This document shows, piece by piece, positions 6,476-16,659 of a DNA stretch of 33,246 nucleotides (its first letter is position 1; each line of letters starts with the position of its first letter). The translations under genes were made by a program, and so were the position numbers. The notes under the pieces are model-generated. The model did no database searches, had not been told where the DNA came from, and saw only the letters and a program-made list of their open reading frames with translations. The stretch is from positions 1 through 33,246 of the forward strand of contig CAIOSU010000241.1 in assembly GCA_903861055.1 (NCBI GenBank). Direction: 5' to 3'. The stretch is from an uncultured bacterium (GTDB lineage: Bacteria; Bacteroidota; Bacteroidia; Chitinophagales; CAIOSU01).

Positions 6476-8257
6476 ATGATCATTAATATTGAACAACAGA
6501 TACGCACAGCTTGTGCAGCAGCCGTAAAGGAATTGTATAATGCCGATATAGAGGCTGCCAGCATTGCTGTAGAGCGCACCAACAAAGAACAAACTGGTGA
6601 CTATACCGTTGTGGTTTTCCCGCTATTGCGCGTATCGAAAAAGAAACCCGAAGAGACAGCCAACGACCTAGGAGCTTATTTGCAGGCCAATGTGCCGCAG
6701 GTATCCGACTTCAATGTTATCAAAGGCTTCTTGAACCTGAGCCTAACCGATAGCTTTTGGATAGAAACCCTTGGCAGCGCCTTGCACAACAACGAGTATG
6801 GCAAAGGTACACCTACCAACCAGAAAATAACTGTAGAGTACTGTGGCCCTAACACCAATAAGCCCTTGCACCTGGGGCACATCCGTAATATGCTGTTGGG
6901 CTATTCTGTGGCCTCTATATTAGAGTTTGCCGGTAATGAGGTAAGTAAGGTTAATATCTACAACGACCGGGGAATTGCCATTTGCAAATCGATGCTAGCT
7001 TGGCAGCAGTTTGGCAACGGCGAAACACCAGAAAGCAGTGGCATAAAAGGTGACCACCTTGTAGGCAAGTACTATGTGGTTTTCGATAAGAAATATAAAG
7101 AGCAGGTTGAGCAACTAAAAGCCGAAGGCCTAACAGAAGATGAAGCCAAAAAGAAAGCCCCCATCCAACTTGAGGTGCAAGCCATGCTCTTGAAATGGGA
7201 AGCTGGAGATGCTGAAACCATTGCACTTTGGAAACAGATGAACGACTGGGTATATGCTGGTTTCCAAATTACTTTTGATAAAATGGGCGTCGATTTTGAC
7301 CGTGACTATTTTGAGTCGGAAACCTACCTATTGGGTCGCGATTTGGTGTTGGAAGGTTTAGCTAGTGGCGTTTTCTTTAAAAAAGAGGATGGCTCTATTT
7401 GGATTGATCTAACCGATAAAGGACTAGACCAAAAAGTGCTTTTGCGCAGCGATGGCACGTCAGTATACCTTACGCAAGACCTAGGCACTGCCGATTTGCG
7501 CTACAACCATTACCATATGGATCGAAACGTTTACGTGGTAGCCGATGAGCAAAACTATCACTTTAAAGTACTGCAACTTACTTTAGAGAAGCTGGGCAAA
7601 CCCTATGCTGCAGGCATATACCACTTGTCGTATGGTTTGGTAGAGCTGCCACATGGCCGTATGAAGTCGAGGGAAGGTAATGTAGTAGATGCGGACGACC
7701 TGATACGAGAAATGGTAGCAGCTGCTAAAGCACAAACCTTGGAACTAGGTAAACTGGAGAACCCAGAAAGCAAAGAGGCTGAAGAGCTGTTCCGAACTAT
7801 TGGTATGGGTGCCTTGAAATACTTTATGCTGCGCGTTGACCCTAAAAAGAAAATGCTGTTTAATCCAGAGGAATCAATTGACCTACAAGGCCAAACGGGG
7901 CCATTTGTACAATACAGTTATGCCCGAATCCAATCCATCAAAACCAAGGTGGGTGATATAAAAATTGAGCTGCCTGCCAAATATGCGCTTTCGCATTTAG
8001 AGAAGGAAGTGTTGATTGAGTTATACCAATACCCTGCTGTTATTCAAGAATCGGCGCGCAATTTCGACCCATCGGTCGTAGCAAGCTATACATACAACTT
8101 GGCGAAAACCTTCAATAAGTTTTACGTTGACCATAGCATAGCAAATGCCGAAACCCCGGAAGCTAAGCACCTACGCTTAGGCCTTGCTTATCTTACTGCC
8201 AAAGTGTTGGCAGGTGCCTTTAAACTGCTGGGAATTGATGTACCAGAGCGTATGTAA
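6476..8257 (+). CDS. argS: Arginine--tRNA ligase
   Basis: 593-aa ORF with the class I HIGH motif (PLHLGHIRN), a KMSKS-equivalent (GRMKSREG) and a C-terminal DALR-type anticodon-binding region. Confidence 0.95.
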   Translation: MIINIEQQIRTACAAAVKELYNADIEAASIAVERTNKEQTGDYTVVVFPLLRVSKKKPEETANDLGAYLQANVPQVSDFNVIKGFLNLSLTDSFWIETLGSALHNNEYGKGTPTNQKITVEYCGPNTNKPLHLGHIRNMLLGYSVASILEFAGNEVSKVNIYNDRGIAICKSMLAWQQFGNGETPESSGIKGDHLVGKYYVVFDKKYKEQVEQLKAEGLTEDEAKKKAPIQLEVQAMLLKWEAGDAETIALWKQMNDWVYAGFQITFDKMGVDFDRDYFESETYLLGRDLVLEGLASGVFFKKEDGSIWIDLTDKGLDQKVLLRSDGTSVYLTQDLGTADLRYNHYHMDRNVYVVADEQNYHFKVLQLTLEKLGKPYAAGIYHLSYGLVELPHGRMKSREGNVVDADDLIREMVAAAKAQTLELGKLENPESKEAEELFRTIGMGALKYFMLRVDPKKKMLFNPEESIDLQGQTGPFVQYSYARIQSIKTKVGDIKIELPAKYALSHLEKEVLIELYQYPAVIQESARNFDPSVVASYTYNLAKTFNKFYVDHSIANAETPEAKHLRLGLAYLTAKVLAGAFKLLGIDVPERM

Positions 8258-8500
8258 AGTTTTGCAAAAACGTTAATGCTCGTTAAAAAGGTGTTAAAAA
8301 TCTTTCTTCGCAAAACATCTGCCTAAGCAATTCGTTTTATCGGTGTAACAGTTGAAATGATTGGGTAAATTACCACCAAATCAACTGGGTGTTAGGGAGT
8401 ATTGAACCGGCGAGAAAAGTGCTCAACGAATTTGGGCGTCTCGTAAGTTTTTAGTTACTTTAAAACACTTGATTGTTTCACCACTAAAAATTATCAAGCT

Positions 8501-8695
8501 ATGGCCACTTCAATGCTTGAATACAGTAAGACGATACTGGAAAAGGTTAGTTTCGACAGCAAGTTGTTTGAGAAAGAATTGTTAAAGGCCCTAAAAATGT
8601 TGATGCCCAACGATAGGCAAGAACTACAAACATGGGTTATTCGCACATTCGGCCTTCATTATCAAAGCCTTTTTACTAACTATAAGCTAGCTTAG
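8501..8695 (+). CDS. Small hypothetical protein (64 aa)
   Basis: ORF followed 26 nt later by a strong intrinsic terminator. I recognise no motif. Confidence 0.55.
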   Translation: MATSMLEYSKTILEKVSFDSKLFEKELLKALKMLMPNDRQELQTWVIRTFGLHYQSLFTNYKLA

Positions 8696-8721
8696 GTTAT
8701 ACTTTATAACGTTAATTTTCA

Positions 8722-8750
8722 ACCCTCTTGCCAAGGTAAGAGGGTTTTTT
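8722..8750 (+). terminator. Intrinsic terminator
   Basis: ACCCTCTT-GCCAAGGT-AAGAGGGT stem-loop followed by TTTTTT (8745-8750). Confidence 0.8.
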
Positions 8751-8795
8751 ATTGCAATTATGTGGGGTGCCTGATTAAATAACGGCGATTTTCGA

Positions 8796-8803
8796 TAATT
8801 TTG
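8796..8803 (+). promoter_or_regulatory. Candidate -7 promoter box (TAATTTTG)
   Basis: Exact TAnnTTTG match, 20 nt upstream of the ATG at 8824. Confidence 0.35.
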
Positions 8804-8823
8804 CAGTCCCGATTATACCCACT

Positions 8824-9273
8824 ATGAAGCTGAAAGAACAAGTATTACAAGCAAGCCTACTGCAACAGCAAGAGAGCATAAAGAGACTTAAAGAAACCGT
8901 GCAACAGGTTCAAGAAAGCGCCAACGAAGATACTTCGGGTAGCAGCACCGATGACTCAGAGTCGATGCGCGAGCAATTGCACGCCGATTTAGCTATGTAC
9001 TCTCGCCAGCTAGACCAAGCCAGCGCAGCATATGCTATGCTAAAACTTATTGACCCAAACCAAGTGAACAGCACTGTAAAACACGGTGCTTTGGTAATGA
9101 CCGACAAAACAAACGTGTTGATAGGGGTAAGTGTAGGTAAGGTAATAGTTGAAGGAAAAACATTCTTCACTATTTCAACAGAATCGCCTTTATACCAAGC
9201 CATGGACGGAAAAAAGAAAGGCGAGACTTTCGATTTTAGAGATCAAAAGCAAACCGTACAAGAGATTATGTAA
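8824..9273 (+). CDS. GreA/GreB C-terminal-domain-like protein with an acidic coiled-coil N-terminus
   Basis: 149-aa ORF. The C-terminal segment VKHGALVMTD...FFTISTESPLYQAMDGKKKGETFDF follows the GreA-C pattern (IS..SP....A..GK..GE.F). Confidence 0.65.
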   Translation: MKLKEQVLQASLLQQQESIKRLKETVQQVQESANEDTSGSSTDDSESMREQLHADLAMYSRQLDQASAAYAMLKLIDPNQVNSTVKHGALVMTDKTNVLIGVSVGKVIVEGKTFFTISTESPLYQAMDGKKKGETFDFRDQKQTVQEIM

Positions 9274-9290
9274 ACAACCAGTTTGGGTGT

Positions 9291-9689
9291 TTACTTCCAA
9301 TATTTGCTTATTGTAAAGGTAACGATGAAACTCTCGTCGCCATTATCGTAAAGGGCAGCAATGGCCTTATTTTCCAAATTCACAACATAGGTATATTTGT
9401 TACCAGCATTGCTGGTAACGTACCATAAGTTCATTTCCATATCTTCATTGTACTCCTTGCTATCAATCTGGTACAAAGAGTTTACGTCATCGGTAAAATG
9501 TTGGAAACTGGTTTCACGATCATTTATCACAAACAAGCTGTGGTCTTCCCAGCTCTCGCACTTATCAAACTCCTCAGTTGCGGGATTATAGGCACAATAT
9601 TCACGCTCACTAGCATAAACATAAGTTTGGGCATCGCACATTGTTACTGTTGCCAATATTAGGCTAAGGGTGATAAATACTGCTCGCAT
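9291..9689 (-). CDS. Hypothetical small secreted protein
   Basis: 132-aa ORF with signal peptide MRAVFITLSLILATVTMCDAQ. It is convergent with the preceding gene. Confidence 0.65.
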   Translation of the reverse strand: MRAVFITLSLILATVTMCDAQTYVYASEREYCAYNPATEEFDKCESWEDHSLFVINDRETSFQHFTDDVNSLYQIDSKEYNEDMEMNLWYVTSNAGNKYTYVVNLENKAIAALYDNGDESFIVTFTISKYWK

Positions 9690-9866
9690 ACTTGTTCTTT
9701 TTGCTAATCTATTCTATTTGAAAATAATTAGCAAATATTATGGTTATACCAAATGGACCCGAATTGGTTATCAACTGCAATAATATTGTTAAATTTGAAA
9801 CAACTTGACGCAGCAATATGGCGTTGTTCCATAAAGGCAGTTAAGCCCATAGCCACGATAAGATAA

Positions 9867-11915
9867 ATGAGAGCACGTTCAATATATCTGTACTTACTAG
9901 CCGTTTCAATAATGGTTTTACTAGCCTCATGCGGTGGCAGCGGCAAGGTCAAAAACGGCATGACCTTGTACGAAGAAAAAAACTACACCCTAGCCATACC
10001 ACAGCTTAAAAACGAATACAAAGAGCAGCAAGTGCCGCTACTTAGGGGCGAAAAAGCCTTTTACGTAGCCGAGAGCTACCGATTAAGCGGCAACACCAAG
10101 GATGCTGAAGGCTGGTATGCCGAAGCCATTAAGCAAGGCTATGATGCCATAGCTACCTACAACTATGCCATTACCCTTAAAGCCAACGAAAAGTACAAAT
10201 TAGCCATTGAGCAATTTACCAATTTTGCACGCTTGGAGCCTTTTAGCAAAGAAAAAGCGTTTGAACAAATAAAATCGTGCAACCTCGCATTGAAATGGAT
10301 TAAAGAACGGGTAAGCCTCGATTTACAAAACCTCACAGCCATCAATAGCAATGGTAGCGAATACGCACCGGTAGTATTACCTAGCGGCGATTTGGTGTTT
10401 ACCTCTGACCGGATTGATGCAACTGGTAATGACACGTATGGCTGGACTGGCGAAAAATACAGTGATTTGTACCTTACCAAAAAGCAAACCAATGGTAGCT
10501 TTAGCGGCGTGGTAAATTATTCGCCAGAGCTAAATAGTGGGGTTAACGAAGGCACCATAACCTTTAGCCGCGATGGAAACGAAGTATATTTTACTCGCTG
10601 TGGCTCACAAGGTAAAGACAAAGACGACTATTGTGCCATTTTCGTAAGCCGCCTGCAATCATTGGGCGGATGGAGTTCGCCTGAAAAGATTAAACTATTT
10701 GATGCCGATACCTTTAATGTAGGGCACCCGTTTTTGAGCAAAGATGGCAAATACTTGCTTTTTGCTGCCGAGGCACCTGGTGGTTATGGCGGTAAAGACC
10801 TTTACATTACCTTTTTGCAAGCTGGTACTTGGACCAGCCCTAAAAACCTAGGTGTAGATATTAATACTCCAGGTAACGAGGTATTCCCATTTATTGACGA
10901 AACAGGCACCTTATACTTTAGTAGCGACGGACACGATGGCCTTGGTGGGTTGGATATATTCTCGGCACCTGCGAGTGGCGGAGTTTGGAGCAAGCCCGAA
11001 AACCTGAAAATTCCTATTAACTCGGGTGCCGACGATTATGGCCTATGGCTTACCAAAGCTAAACCAAAAGACGCCAACGACCCGGTGCGTATGAGCGGTT
11101 TTTTTAGTAGCAACCGTCCTGGTGGTGCAGGCAAAGACGATATATACATGTTCCAACTTAGCAACGAGAACCTATTTGTGCTAGAAGGGGTGATACTAGA
11201 GAAAATATTTGCTGACCCAAGCGACCCTAACAGCAAGGTTATCGACTTTCAGCCCGTAAACGAAGCCAACATAACCGTTAAAAAATATGGCCCTGGTTTT
11301 CCTATAGTGGCAAACATAAGTTCTGATAAGTTTGGACGCTTTGGTTGCGATTTGGTGAAAGAAAGCGACTATTATGTTAGCGGCGAAAAAGAAGGTTTCT
11401 TGAAACAATCCGCCAACTTTAGTACCAAAGGCCTGCGCGACCTGAAGAACATAACCATACCAGTTAAGGTGAGGTTGATTGTAGAACGCATATACCAAGA
11501 CAGGGAGATAGTGATACCAAACATTTACTACGATTACGACAAAACCACCCTAAGGCCCGAGTCGTTTCCAGTGTTGGATACCCTATATTCGCTATTTGCC
11601 GAAAACCCAACTATAGTTGTAGAAATAGGCGCCCATACCGACTCAAGAGGTAGTACCGAATACAATATTATCCTTTCGCAAGGGCGCGCAGCCTCTGTTG
11701 TAAAGTACCTAGTAAGTAAAGGCATACCTGCGCAACGCTTAAAAGCGGTAGGATATGGTGAAAGCAAACCCATTAACAAGTGTGTTGACGGTGTAGAATG
11801 TACTGAAGAAGAGTATCAACTTAATCGCCGTACCACATTTAAAATCCTCTCCGAAACGTTCAATTTGGAGTCGATTACCCCAGAGGATATACGCATTGAC
11901 CCTAAGAAACCTTAA
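9867..11915 (+). CDS. TPR / PD40 (TolB-like beta-propeller repeat) / OmpA-domain lipoprotein
   Basis: 682-aa ORF.
- Lipobox: LLASCGG.
- TPR-like N-terminus.
- Repeated PD40-like units: SEYAPVVLPSGDLVFTSDR, NEGTITFSRDGNEVYFT, GHPFLSKDGKYLLFAAE, NEVFPFIDETGTLYFSSDG.
- C-terminal OmpA peptidoglycan-binding domain: IGAHTDSRGSTEYNIILSQGRAASVVKYL...GYGESKPIN. Confidence 0.9.
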   Translation: MRARSIYLYLLAVSIMVLLASCGGSGKVKNGMTLYEEKNYTLAIPQLKNEYKEQQVPLLRGEKAFYVAESYRLSGNTKDAEGWYAEAIKQGYDAIATYNYAITLKANEKYKLAIEQFTNFARLEPFSKEKAFEQIKSCNLALKWIKERVSLDLQNLTAINSNGSEYAPVVLPSGDLVFTSDRIDATGNDTYGWTGEKYSDLYLTKKQTNGSFSGVVNYSPELNSGVNEGTITFSRDGNEVYFTRCGSQGKDKDDYCAIFVSRLQSLGGWSSPEKIKLFDADTFNVGHPFLSKDGKYLLFAAEAPGGYGGKDLYITFLQAGTWTSPKNLGVDINTPGNEVFPFIDETGTLYFSSDGHDGLGGLDIFSAPASGGVWSKPENLKIPINSGADDYGLWLTKAKPKDANDPVRMSGFFSSNRPGGAGKDDIYMFQLSNENLFVLEGVILEKIFADPSDPNSKVIDFQPVNEANITVKKYGPGFPIVANISSDKFGRFGCDLVKESDYYVSGEKEGFLKQSANFSTKGLRDLKNITIPVKVRLIVERIYQDREIVIPNIYYDYDKTTLRPESFPVLDTLYSLFAENPTIVVEIGAHTDSRGSTEYNIILSQGRAASVVKYLVSKGIPAQRLKAVGYGESKPINKCVDGVECTEEEYQLNRRTTFKILSETFNLESITPEDIRIDPKKP

Positions 11916-12088
11916 GTAAAGGACCTGTCAACATTTCGTTGCGACAACTAAGTTGCGTGGTTTGTTGGGTCATTACCCTTAAAGTGTGTTAAGTAATGTA
12001 CATTAACCGCTCTATTTGGCTGCGAGATATTCAAAGTTGTTACCTTTACACCTAAATTTTTCACTTAAAACCCATTGCCCAAGGCCTG

Positions 12089-13480
12089 ATGAAGAACCGC
12101 TATATTGACCTTATTGAACAAACCTTTTACTTTCCGCAGGAAGGGTTTGATGTAAAAGACGGACAGCTAGATTTCAACGGCGTTCCATTAATGGATTTAG
12201 TAAGAGAATATGGCACTCCGCTCAGGATTAGCTACCTTCCTAAGATAAGTTCGCAGATACAAAAGGCCAAGCGCATATTCAACGAAGCCATAAAGGAAAA
12301 TAATTACGATGGGCAGTATTTCTACTCCTATTGTACCAAGGCATCGCACTTTTCGTTTGTAGTTGAGGAGGCTTTAAAAAACGATATTCACTTAGAAACC
12401 TCATCTGCATTTGATATTAATTTGGTGGAGAACCTAGTGGCCAAAGGCAAAGTAAATACCAGCCAATTTATCATTTGCAACGGTTTTAAAACCGATCAGT
12501 ACAAAGCAAACATTTTGCGTCTGCATAAAAACGGCTTTAACAATATTATTCCCGTTTTGGACAACAAACCGGAGATAAACTACTACCAACAGCATTTGGA
12601 TGGCCAAATGAAAATTGGCATTCGAATAGCAGCCGACGAAGAACCTAAATATGAGTTCTATACCTCGCGCCTTGGCATAAGGTATAGCGATATAATTGAT
12701 TTCTATAAACAGAACATAGAGAATAACCCGAAGTTCGAGCTTAAGATGCTCCACTTCTTTATCAATACCGGCATAAAAGATACCACCTACTACTGGAGCG
12801 AACTGAACAAGGCGATTAAAGTATATATCGCCCTAAAGAAAATTTGCCCTAGCCTTGAATACATCAATATTGGCGGCGGTTTGCCTATTCGCCACGGGCT
12901 GCACTCTGACTACGACTATGAGTATATGCTGCGCGAGGTGGTAAAAGCCATTAAAACACAATGCGATAGCAGCGAAGTGCCCGTTCCGCACATCTTTACC
13001 GAGTTTGGCTCGTTTACCGTTGGCGAGAGTGGCGCAACCATTTTTAGCGTGCTCAACGAAAAACGCCAAAACGACATTGAAGATTGGTATATGATTGATG
13101 GTAGCCTTATGACTACCCTACCCGACATTTGGGGTATGAGCCAGCGCTTTATACTACTACCGCTTAACAAGTGGGAGCAGGACTACCAAAAGGTGAACAT
13201 TGGCGGCCTTAGCTGCGATATTGGCGACTACTACAACAGCGAAACCCACCAACACCAGGTTTTCTTACCCGAGCTCGACGAAAAAGAACCTTTATACATT
13301 GGTTTCTTCCACACGGGCGCTTACCAAGAGAGCATTAGCGGCTACGGCGGCACCAAGCACTGCTTGATACCCGCACCAAAAGTATTACTGATTAACAGAG
13401 ACGAACATGGCAACTTAACCAAAGAAGTTTTCTCGCAAGAGCAAAACCCAGAGGCGATGCTGAAAATATTGGGGTATTAA
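12089..13480 (+). CDS. Type III (alanine-racemase fold) PLP-dependent decarboxylase, most likely arginine decarboxylase
   Basis: 463-aa ORF with a PLP-lysine context (YCTKAS), a glycine loop (INIGGGLPI) and a C-terminal FHTGAYQES motif typical of the Orn/DAP/Arg decarboxylase family. Confidence 0.8.
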   Translation: MKNRYIDLIEQTFYFPQEGFDVKDGQLDFNGVPLMDLVREYGTPLRISYLPKISSQIQKAKRIFNEAIKENNYDGQYFYSYCTKASHFSFVVEEALKNDIHLETSSAFDINLVENLVAKGKVNTSQFIICNGFKTDQYKANILRLHKNGFNNIIPVLDNKPEINYYQQHLDGQMKIGIRIAADEEPKYEFYTSRLGIRYSDIIDFYKQNIENNPKFELKMLHFFINTGIKDTTYYWSELNKAIKVYIALKKICPSLEYINIGGGLPIRHGLHSDYDYEYMLREVVKAIKTQCDSSEVPVPHIFTEFGSFTVGESGATIFSVLNEKRQNDIEDWYMIDGSLMTTLPDIWGMSQRFILLPLNKWEQDYQKVNIGGLSCDIGDYYNSETHQHQVFLPELDEKEPLYIGFFHTGAYQESISGYGGTKHCLIPAPKVLLINRDEHGNLTKEVFSQEQNPEAMLKILGY

Positions 13481-13531
13481 TTAGCGCATTTGATTAATGC
13501 AGCTAGGTATATTCAAAAACAATCTCTAAAG

Positions 13532-13562
13532 GCCATAGCTACCAAGTAGTTATGGCTTTTTT
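13532..13562 (+). terminator. Intrinsic terminator
   Basis: GCCATAGCTAC-CAA-GTAGTTATGGC gives an 11-bp stem including one G-U pair, followed by TTTTTTG. Confidence 0.8.
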
Positions 13563-13611
13563 GTCTGCTATTTCCCTTAGATGTAATAGCCTATGCAACA
13601 AGTATTAAAAT

Positions 13612-13642
13612 TCTTGTGTCTAGCGGTTTAGGTCTTGTGTCT
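13612..13642 (+). repeat. Direct repeat TCTTGTGTCT-N11-TCTTGTGTCT in the promoter region
   Basis: Two exact 10-mers at 13612-13621 and 13633-13642, 21 nt start to start, immediately upstream of the -7 box at 13651. Confidence 0.9.
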
Positions 13643-13650
13643 AAATACCC

Positions 13651-13658
13651 TAACTTTG
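13651..13658 (+). promoter_or_regulatory. Candidate -7 promoter box (TAACTTTG)
   Basis: Exact TAnnTTTG match, only 6 nt upstream of the ATG at 13665. Confidence 0.4.
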
Positions 13659-13664
13659 CATACC

Positions 13665-14702
13665 ATGTTATCATCTGTAATAAAATATAGCCTAATTATT
13701 GCCTTGCCTTGCTGCTTGCTGCTTGCGAGTTGCGAAGGCGATAAGCCCGTACCCCCTGCCCCTGCCGAAACGGTACCCGAAATAGTGGAAAACCCGGCAC
13801 TGGTAGCAGCAACCTTGCGTATACAGCAAAACCCCGATAGTGCCCAAGCTTACATTGATAGGGCCTTAATACACTTTAAATTGGTGAATAACGATGCCGC
13901 ATTGGCCGACTTGGATACGGCTTTGTTGCTGGATAAAACCATGCCCAAAATATATCTGCTACAAGCCGATTTGTACTTTGCTAAACGCGACATTATACGC
14001 GCCATCAAATCGCTGGAGACCGGTACCCAGGTATTGCCCCAAAACAAAGAAATATTGTTGGTGCTTAGCCGCTATTATTTTTACAACAGCGAGCGCGACA
14101 AAAGCATAAAAAGTGCCGATGCTGCACTGAAACTTGACCCCGGTTATGCTGGTGCTTACTTCCAAAAAGCTTTAATTTTTCTAGAGATAAAAGATACCGC
14201 CAAAGCCATAAGCAACCTGCAAACTACTGTTGAGCAAGACCCAGAGTTTTTGGAAGCCTATGAAGAACTAGGGTATATTTATAAACAGAAAAAGAATCCA
14301 TTAGCGATACAATATTTCCGCAATGCTGTTAAATTATCGCCACGAGACAATGATTTGCGCTATGCTCTTGCCCTTGCCCTGCAAGAACAAAAAAAATATA
14401 ACGAGGCGCTGGAAGAATACAGGCTAATGATTAAAGAATCGCCGCAATACGAAAACGCACATTACGGTATGGGTTGGGTTTACTTTCAAATGGATAGCTT
14501 TGATAAAGCCGATGGAAGTTTTAAAATAGCCATCAGTATAAAGCCCGATTATACCGATGCCTATTACATGCGAGGTTTGATTGCTGAAAGTATTGGCGAT
14601 ATCAAAAATGCGGAGTATTATTACGACCAAACTTTGCGCATTGATGCCCTGCACACCAATGCCCTGAATGGTTTTGACAGACTAAAGAAATTGAAGAAAT
14701 GA
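13665..14702 (+). CDS. TPR-repeat lipoprotein
   Basis: The ORF track starts at TTG 13635. The ATG at 13665 gives [25 protein letters not shown] (lipobox LASC). Multiple 34-residue TPR-like units follow (for example [30 protein letters not shown]). Confidence 0.8.
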   Translation: MLSSVIKYSLIIALPCCLLLASCEGDKPVPPAPAETVPEIVENPALVAATLRIQQNPDSAQAYIDRALIHFKLVNNDAALADLDTALLLDKTMPKIYLLQADLYFAKRDIIRAIKSLETGTQVLPQNKEILLVLSRYYFYNSERDKSIKSADAALKLDPGYAGAYFQKALIFLEIKDTAKAISNLQTTVEQDPEFLEAYEELGYIYKQKKNPLAIQYFRNAVKLSPRDNDLRYALALALQEQKKYNEALEEYRLMIKESPQYENAHYGMGWVYFQMDSFDKADGSFKIAISIKPDYTDAYYMRGLIAESIGDIKNAEYYYDQTLRIDALHTNALNGFDRLKKLKK

Positions 14703-16639
14703 TAAAAGTAACCTTACCTGACGGCAGCGTTAGGGATTACGATAACGGTGCTACCGCGCTTGATGTAGCCAAAAGTATAAGCGAAGGTTTAGCCCGCAAC
14801 GTGTTGGCCGCAGAAGTAAATGGAGAAGTGTGGGATGCCACCCGTGCACTACCAGAAGCCACCAAGTTGCGCCTATTAACTTGGAACGACAAAGAAGGTA
14901 AAAACACCCTTTGGCATTCTTCGGCGCACTTAATGGCCGAAGCGCTGGAAGCATTATACCCAGGTACTAAATTTGGTATTGGCCCGCCAATCGAAAACGG
15001 TTTCTATTACGATATCGATTTGGGTGACCGTGCCCCTCTATCAGAAACCGAGTTTAAGGACATAGAGAACAAAATGACAGAGCTTGCCCGCCAAAAAAGC
15101 GCTTTTGTGCGCAAAGAGGTAAGCAAGGCCGATGCAGTTGACTACTTTACCGCAAAAGACGACCAGTACAAACTAGAGTTGATACGCGACTTGGAGGATG
15201 GAAAAATCACTTTTTACACCCAAGGAAACTTTACCGACCTATGCCGCGGCCCGCATATACCCGATACGGGCTTTATTAAGGCCGTAAAGCTACTTAGCGT
15301 AGCTGGGGCATACTGGCGTGGCAACGAGAAAAATAAACAGCTTACGCGCATTTATGCCATCACGTTCCCGAAGGCACAAGAGCTGAGCGACTACTTGATA
15401 TTGTTGGAGGAAGCTAAAAAGCGCGACCACCGTAAATTGGGTAAAGAGCTAGAGCTATTCGCCATCAGCCAAAAAGTAGGCTTGGGCTTGCCGTTGTGGT
15501 TGCCAAAAGGCACCGAGTTGCGCGAGCGCTTGGTCGATTTCCTAAAGGTGGTGCAAAAGAAAGGTGGATATAGCCAAGTTATTACCCCGCACATTGGCCA
15601 TAAAGAGCTTTATGTAACCAGTGGCCACTACGAGAAATACGGCAAAGATTCGTTCCAACCAATCAAAACCCCACAAGAGGGCGAAGAGTATTTCTTGAAA
15701 CCGATGAACTGCCCGCACCACTGCGAGATATACAAAACTAAGCCCCGCTCATACCGCGACCTACCGTTGCGTTTGGCAGAGTTTGGCACCGTATACCGCT
15801 ACGAGCAAAGTGGCGAGCTGCACGGCCTTACCCGCGTGCGCGGCTTTACACAAGATGATGCGCATATTTTCTGCCGTCCCGACCAGGTGAAGGAAGAATT
15901 TATTAAGGTAATCGACATTGTACTTTACGTTTTCAAAGCCCTAGGTTTTGATAATTATACCGCTCAAGTATCGCTTCGCGACCAAGAAGACCGCAGTAAA
16001 TACATTGGTAGCGACGAAAACTGGGAGAAAGCAGAAAGCGCGATTATTGAGGCATGTGCCGAGAAAGGACTAGAAACCGTAGTAGAATATGGCGAAGCCG
16101 CTTTCTATGGCCCTAAGCTCGATTTTATGGTTCGCGATGCCATTGGCCGCCGTTGGCAACTAGGCACTATACAAGTAGATTACAACCTTCCGGAACGATT
16201 TGAGCTAGAATATGTTGGTAGTGATAACATGAAACATCGTCCGGTGATGATTCACCGTGCGCCGTTCGGTTCACTAGAGCGTTTTGTGGCTGTACTTATT
16301 GAACACTGTGCCGGCAATTTTCCGCTTTGGCTTACCCCAGAGCAAGGTATCGTATTGCCAATAAGTGATAAGTACAACGAGTACGCAGAAAAAGTTTCAG
16401 ATTATCTAAAAAATAGCGATATTCGCACCTCCGTTGATGTTCGTAACGAGAAGATCGGCAGGAAGATACGTGACGCTGAAGTTGGTAAAGTTCCTTATAT
16501 GTTAATCATTGGGGAGCAAGAGGCAGAAAACGGAACTGTATCGGTAAGGAAGCATGGAGAAGGCGATTTAGGTACCATGAGTGCTGAAGCATTTGCCAAG
16601 CTAGTGCAGGATGAAGTGAACAAACAATTGAACCGTTAA
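14699..16639 (+). CDS. thrS: Threonine--tRNA ligase
   Basis: 646-aa ORF with an N-terminal TGS domain, an editing-domain [11 protein letters not shown] motif and class II core motifs ([35 protein letters not shown]). Its ATG overlaps the upstream stop codon (ATGA). Confidence 0.97.
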   Translation: MIKVTLPDGSVRDYDNGATALDVAKSISEGLARNVLAAEVNGEVWDATRALPEATKLRLLTWNDKEGKNTLWHSSAHLMAEALEALYPGTKFGIGPPIENGFYYDIDLGDRAPLSETEFKDIENKMTELARQKSAFVRKEVSKADAVDYFTAKDDQYKLELIRDLEDGKITFYTQGNFTDLCRGPHIPDTGFIKAVKLLSVAGAYWRGNEKNKQLTRIYAITFPKAQELSDYLILLEEAKKRDHRKLGKELELFAISQKVGLGLPLWLPKGTELRERLVDFLKVVQKKGGYSQVITPHIGHKELYVTSGHYEKYGKDSFQPIKTPQEGEEYFLKPMNCPHHCEIYKTKPRSYRDLPLRLAEFGTVYRYEQSGELHGLTRVRGFTQDDAHIFCRPDQVKEEFIKVIDIVLYVFKALGFDNYTAQVSLRDQEDRSKYIGSDENWEKAESAIIEACAEKGLETVVEYGEAAFYGPKLDFMVRDAIGRRWQLGTIQVDYNLPERFELEYVGSDNMKHRPVMIHRAPFGSLERFVAVLIEHCAGNFPLWLTPEQGIVLPISDKYNEYAEKVSDYLKNSDIRTSVDVRNEKIGRKIRDAEVGKVPYMLIIGEQEAENGTVSVRKHGEGDLGTMSAEAFAKLVQDEVNKQLNR

Positions 16640-16659
16640 ACAAAAACAACAATACTAAT

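Noticed and set aside
9728-9961. 77-aa minus-strand ORF (and the 2443-2652 minus-strand ORF)
   Set aside because: Both span promoter regions and the 5' ends of well-supported plus-strand genes. Neither shows supporting features.
13635-13664. TTG start at 13635 for the TPR lipoprotein
   Set aside because: That TTG lies inside the promoter direct repeat and upstream of the -7 box. The ATG at 13665 gives a canonical lipoprotein signal peptide.
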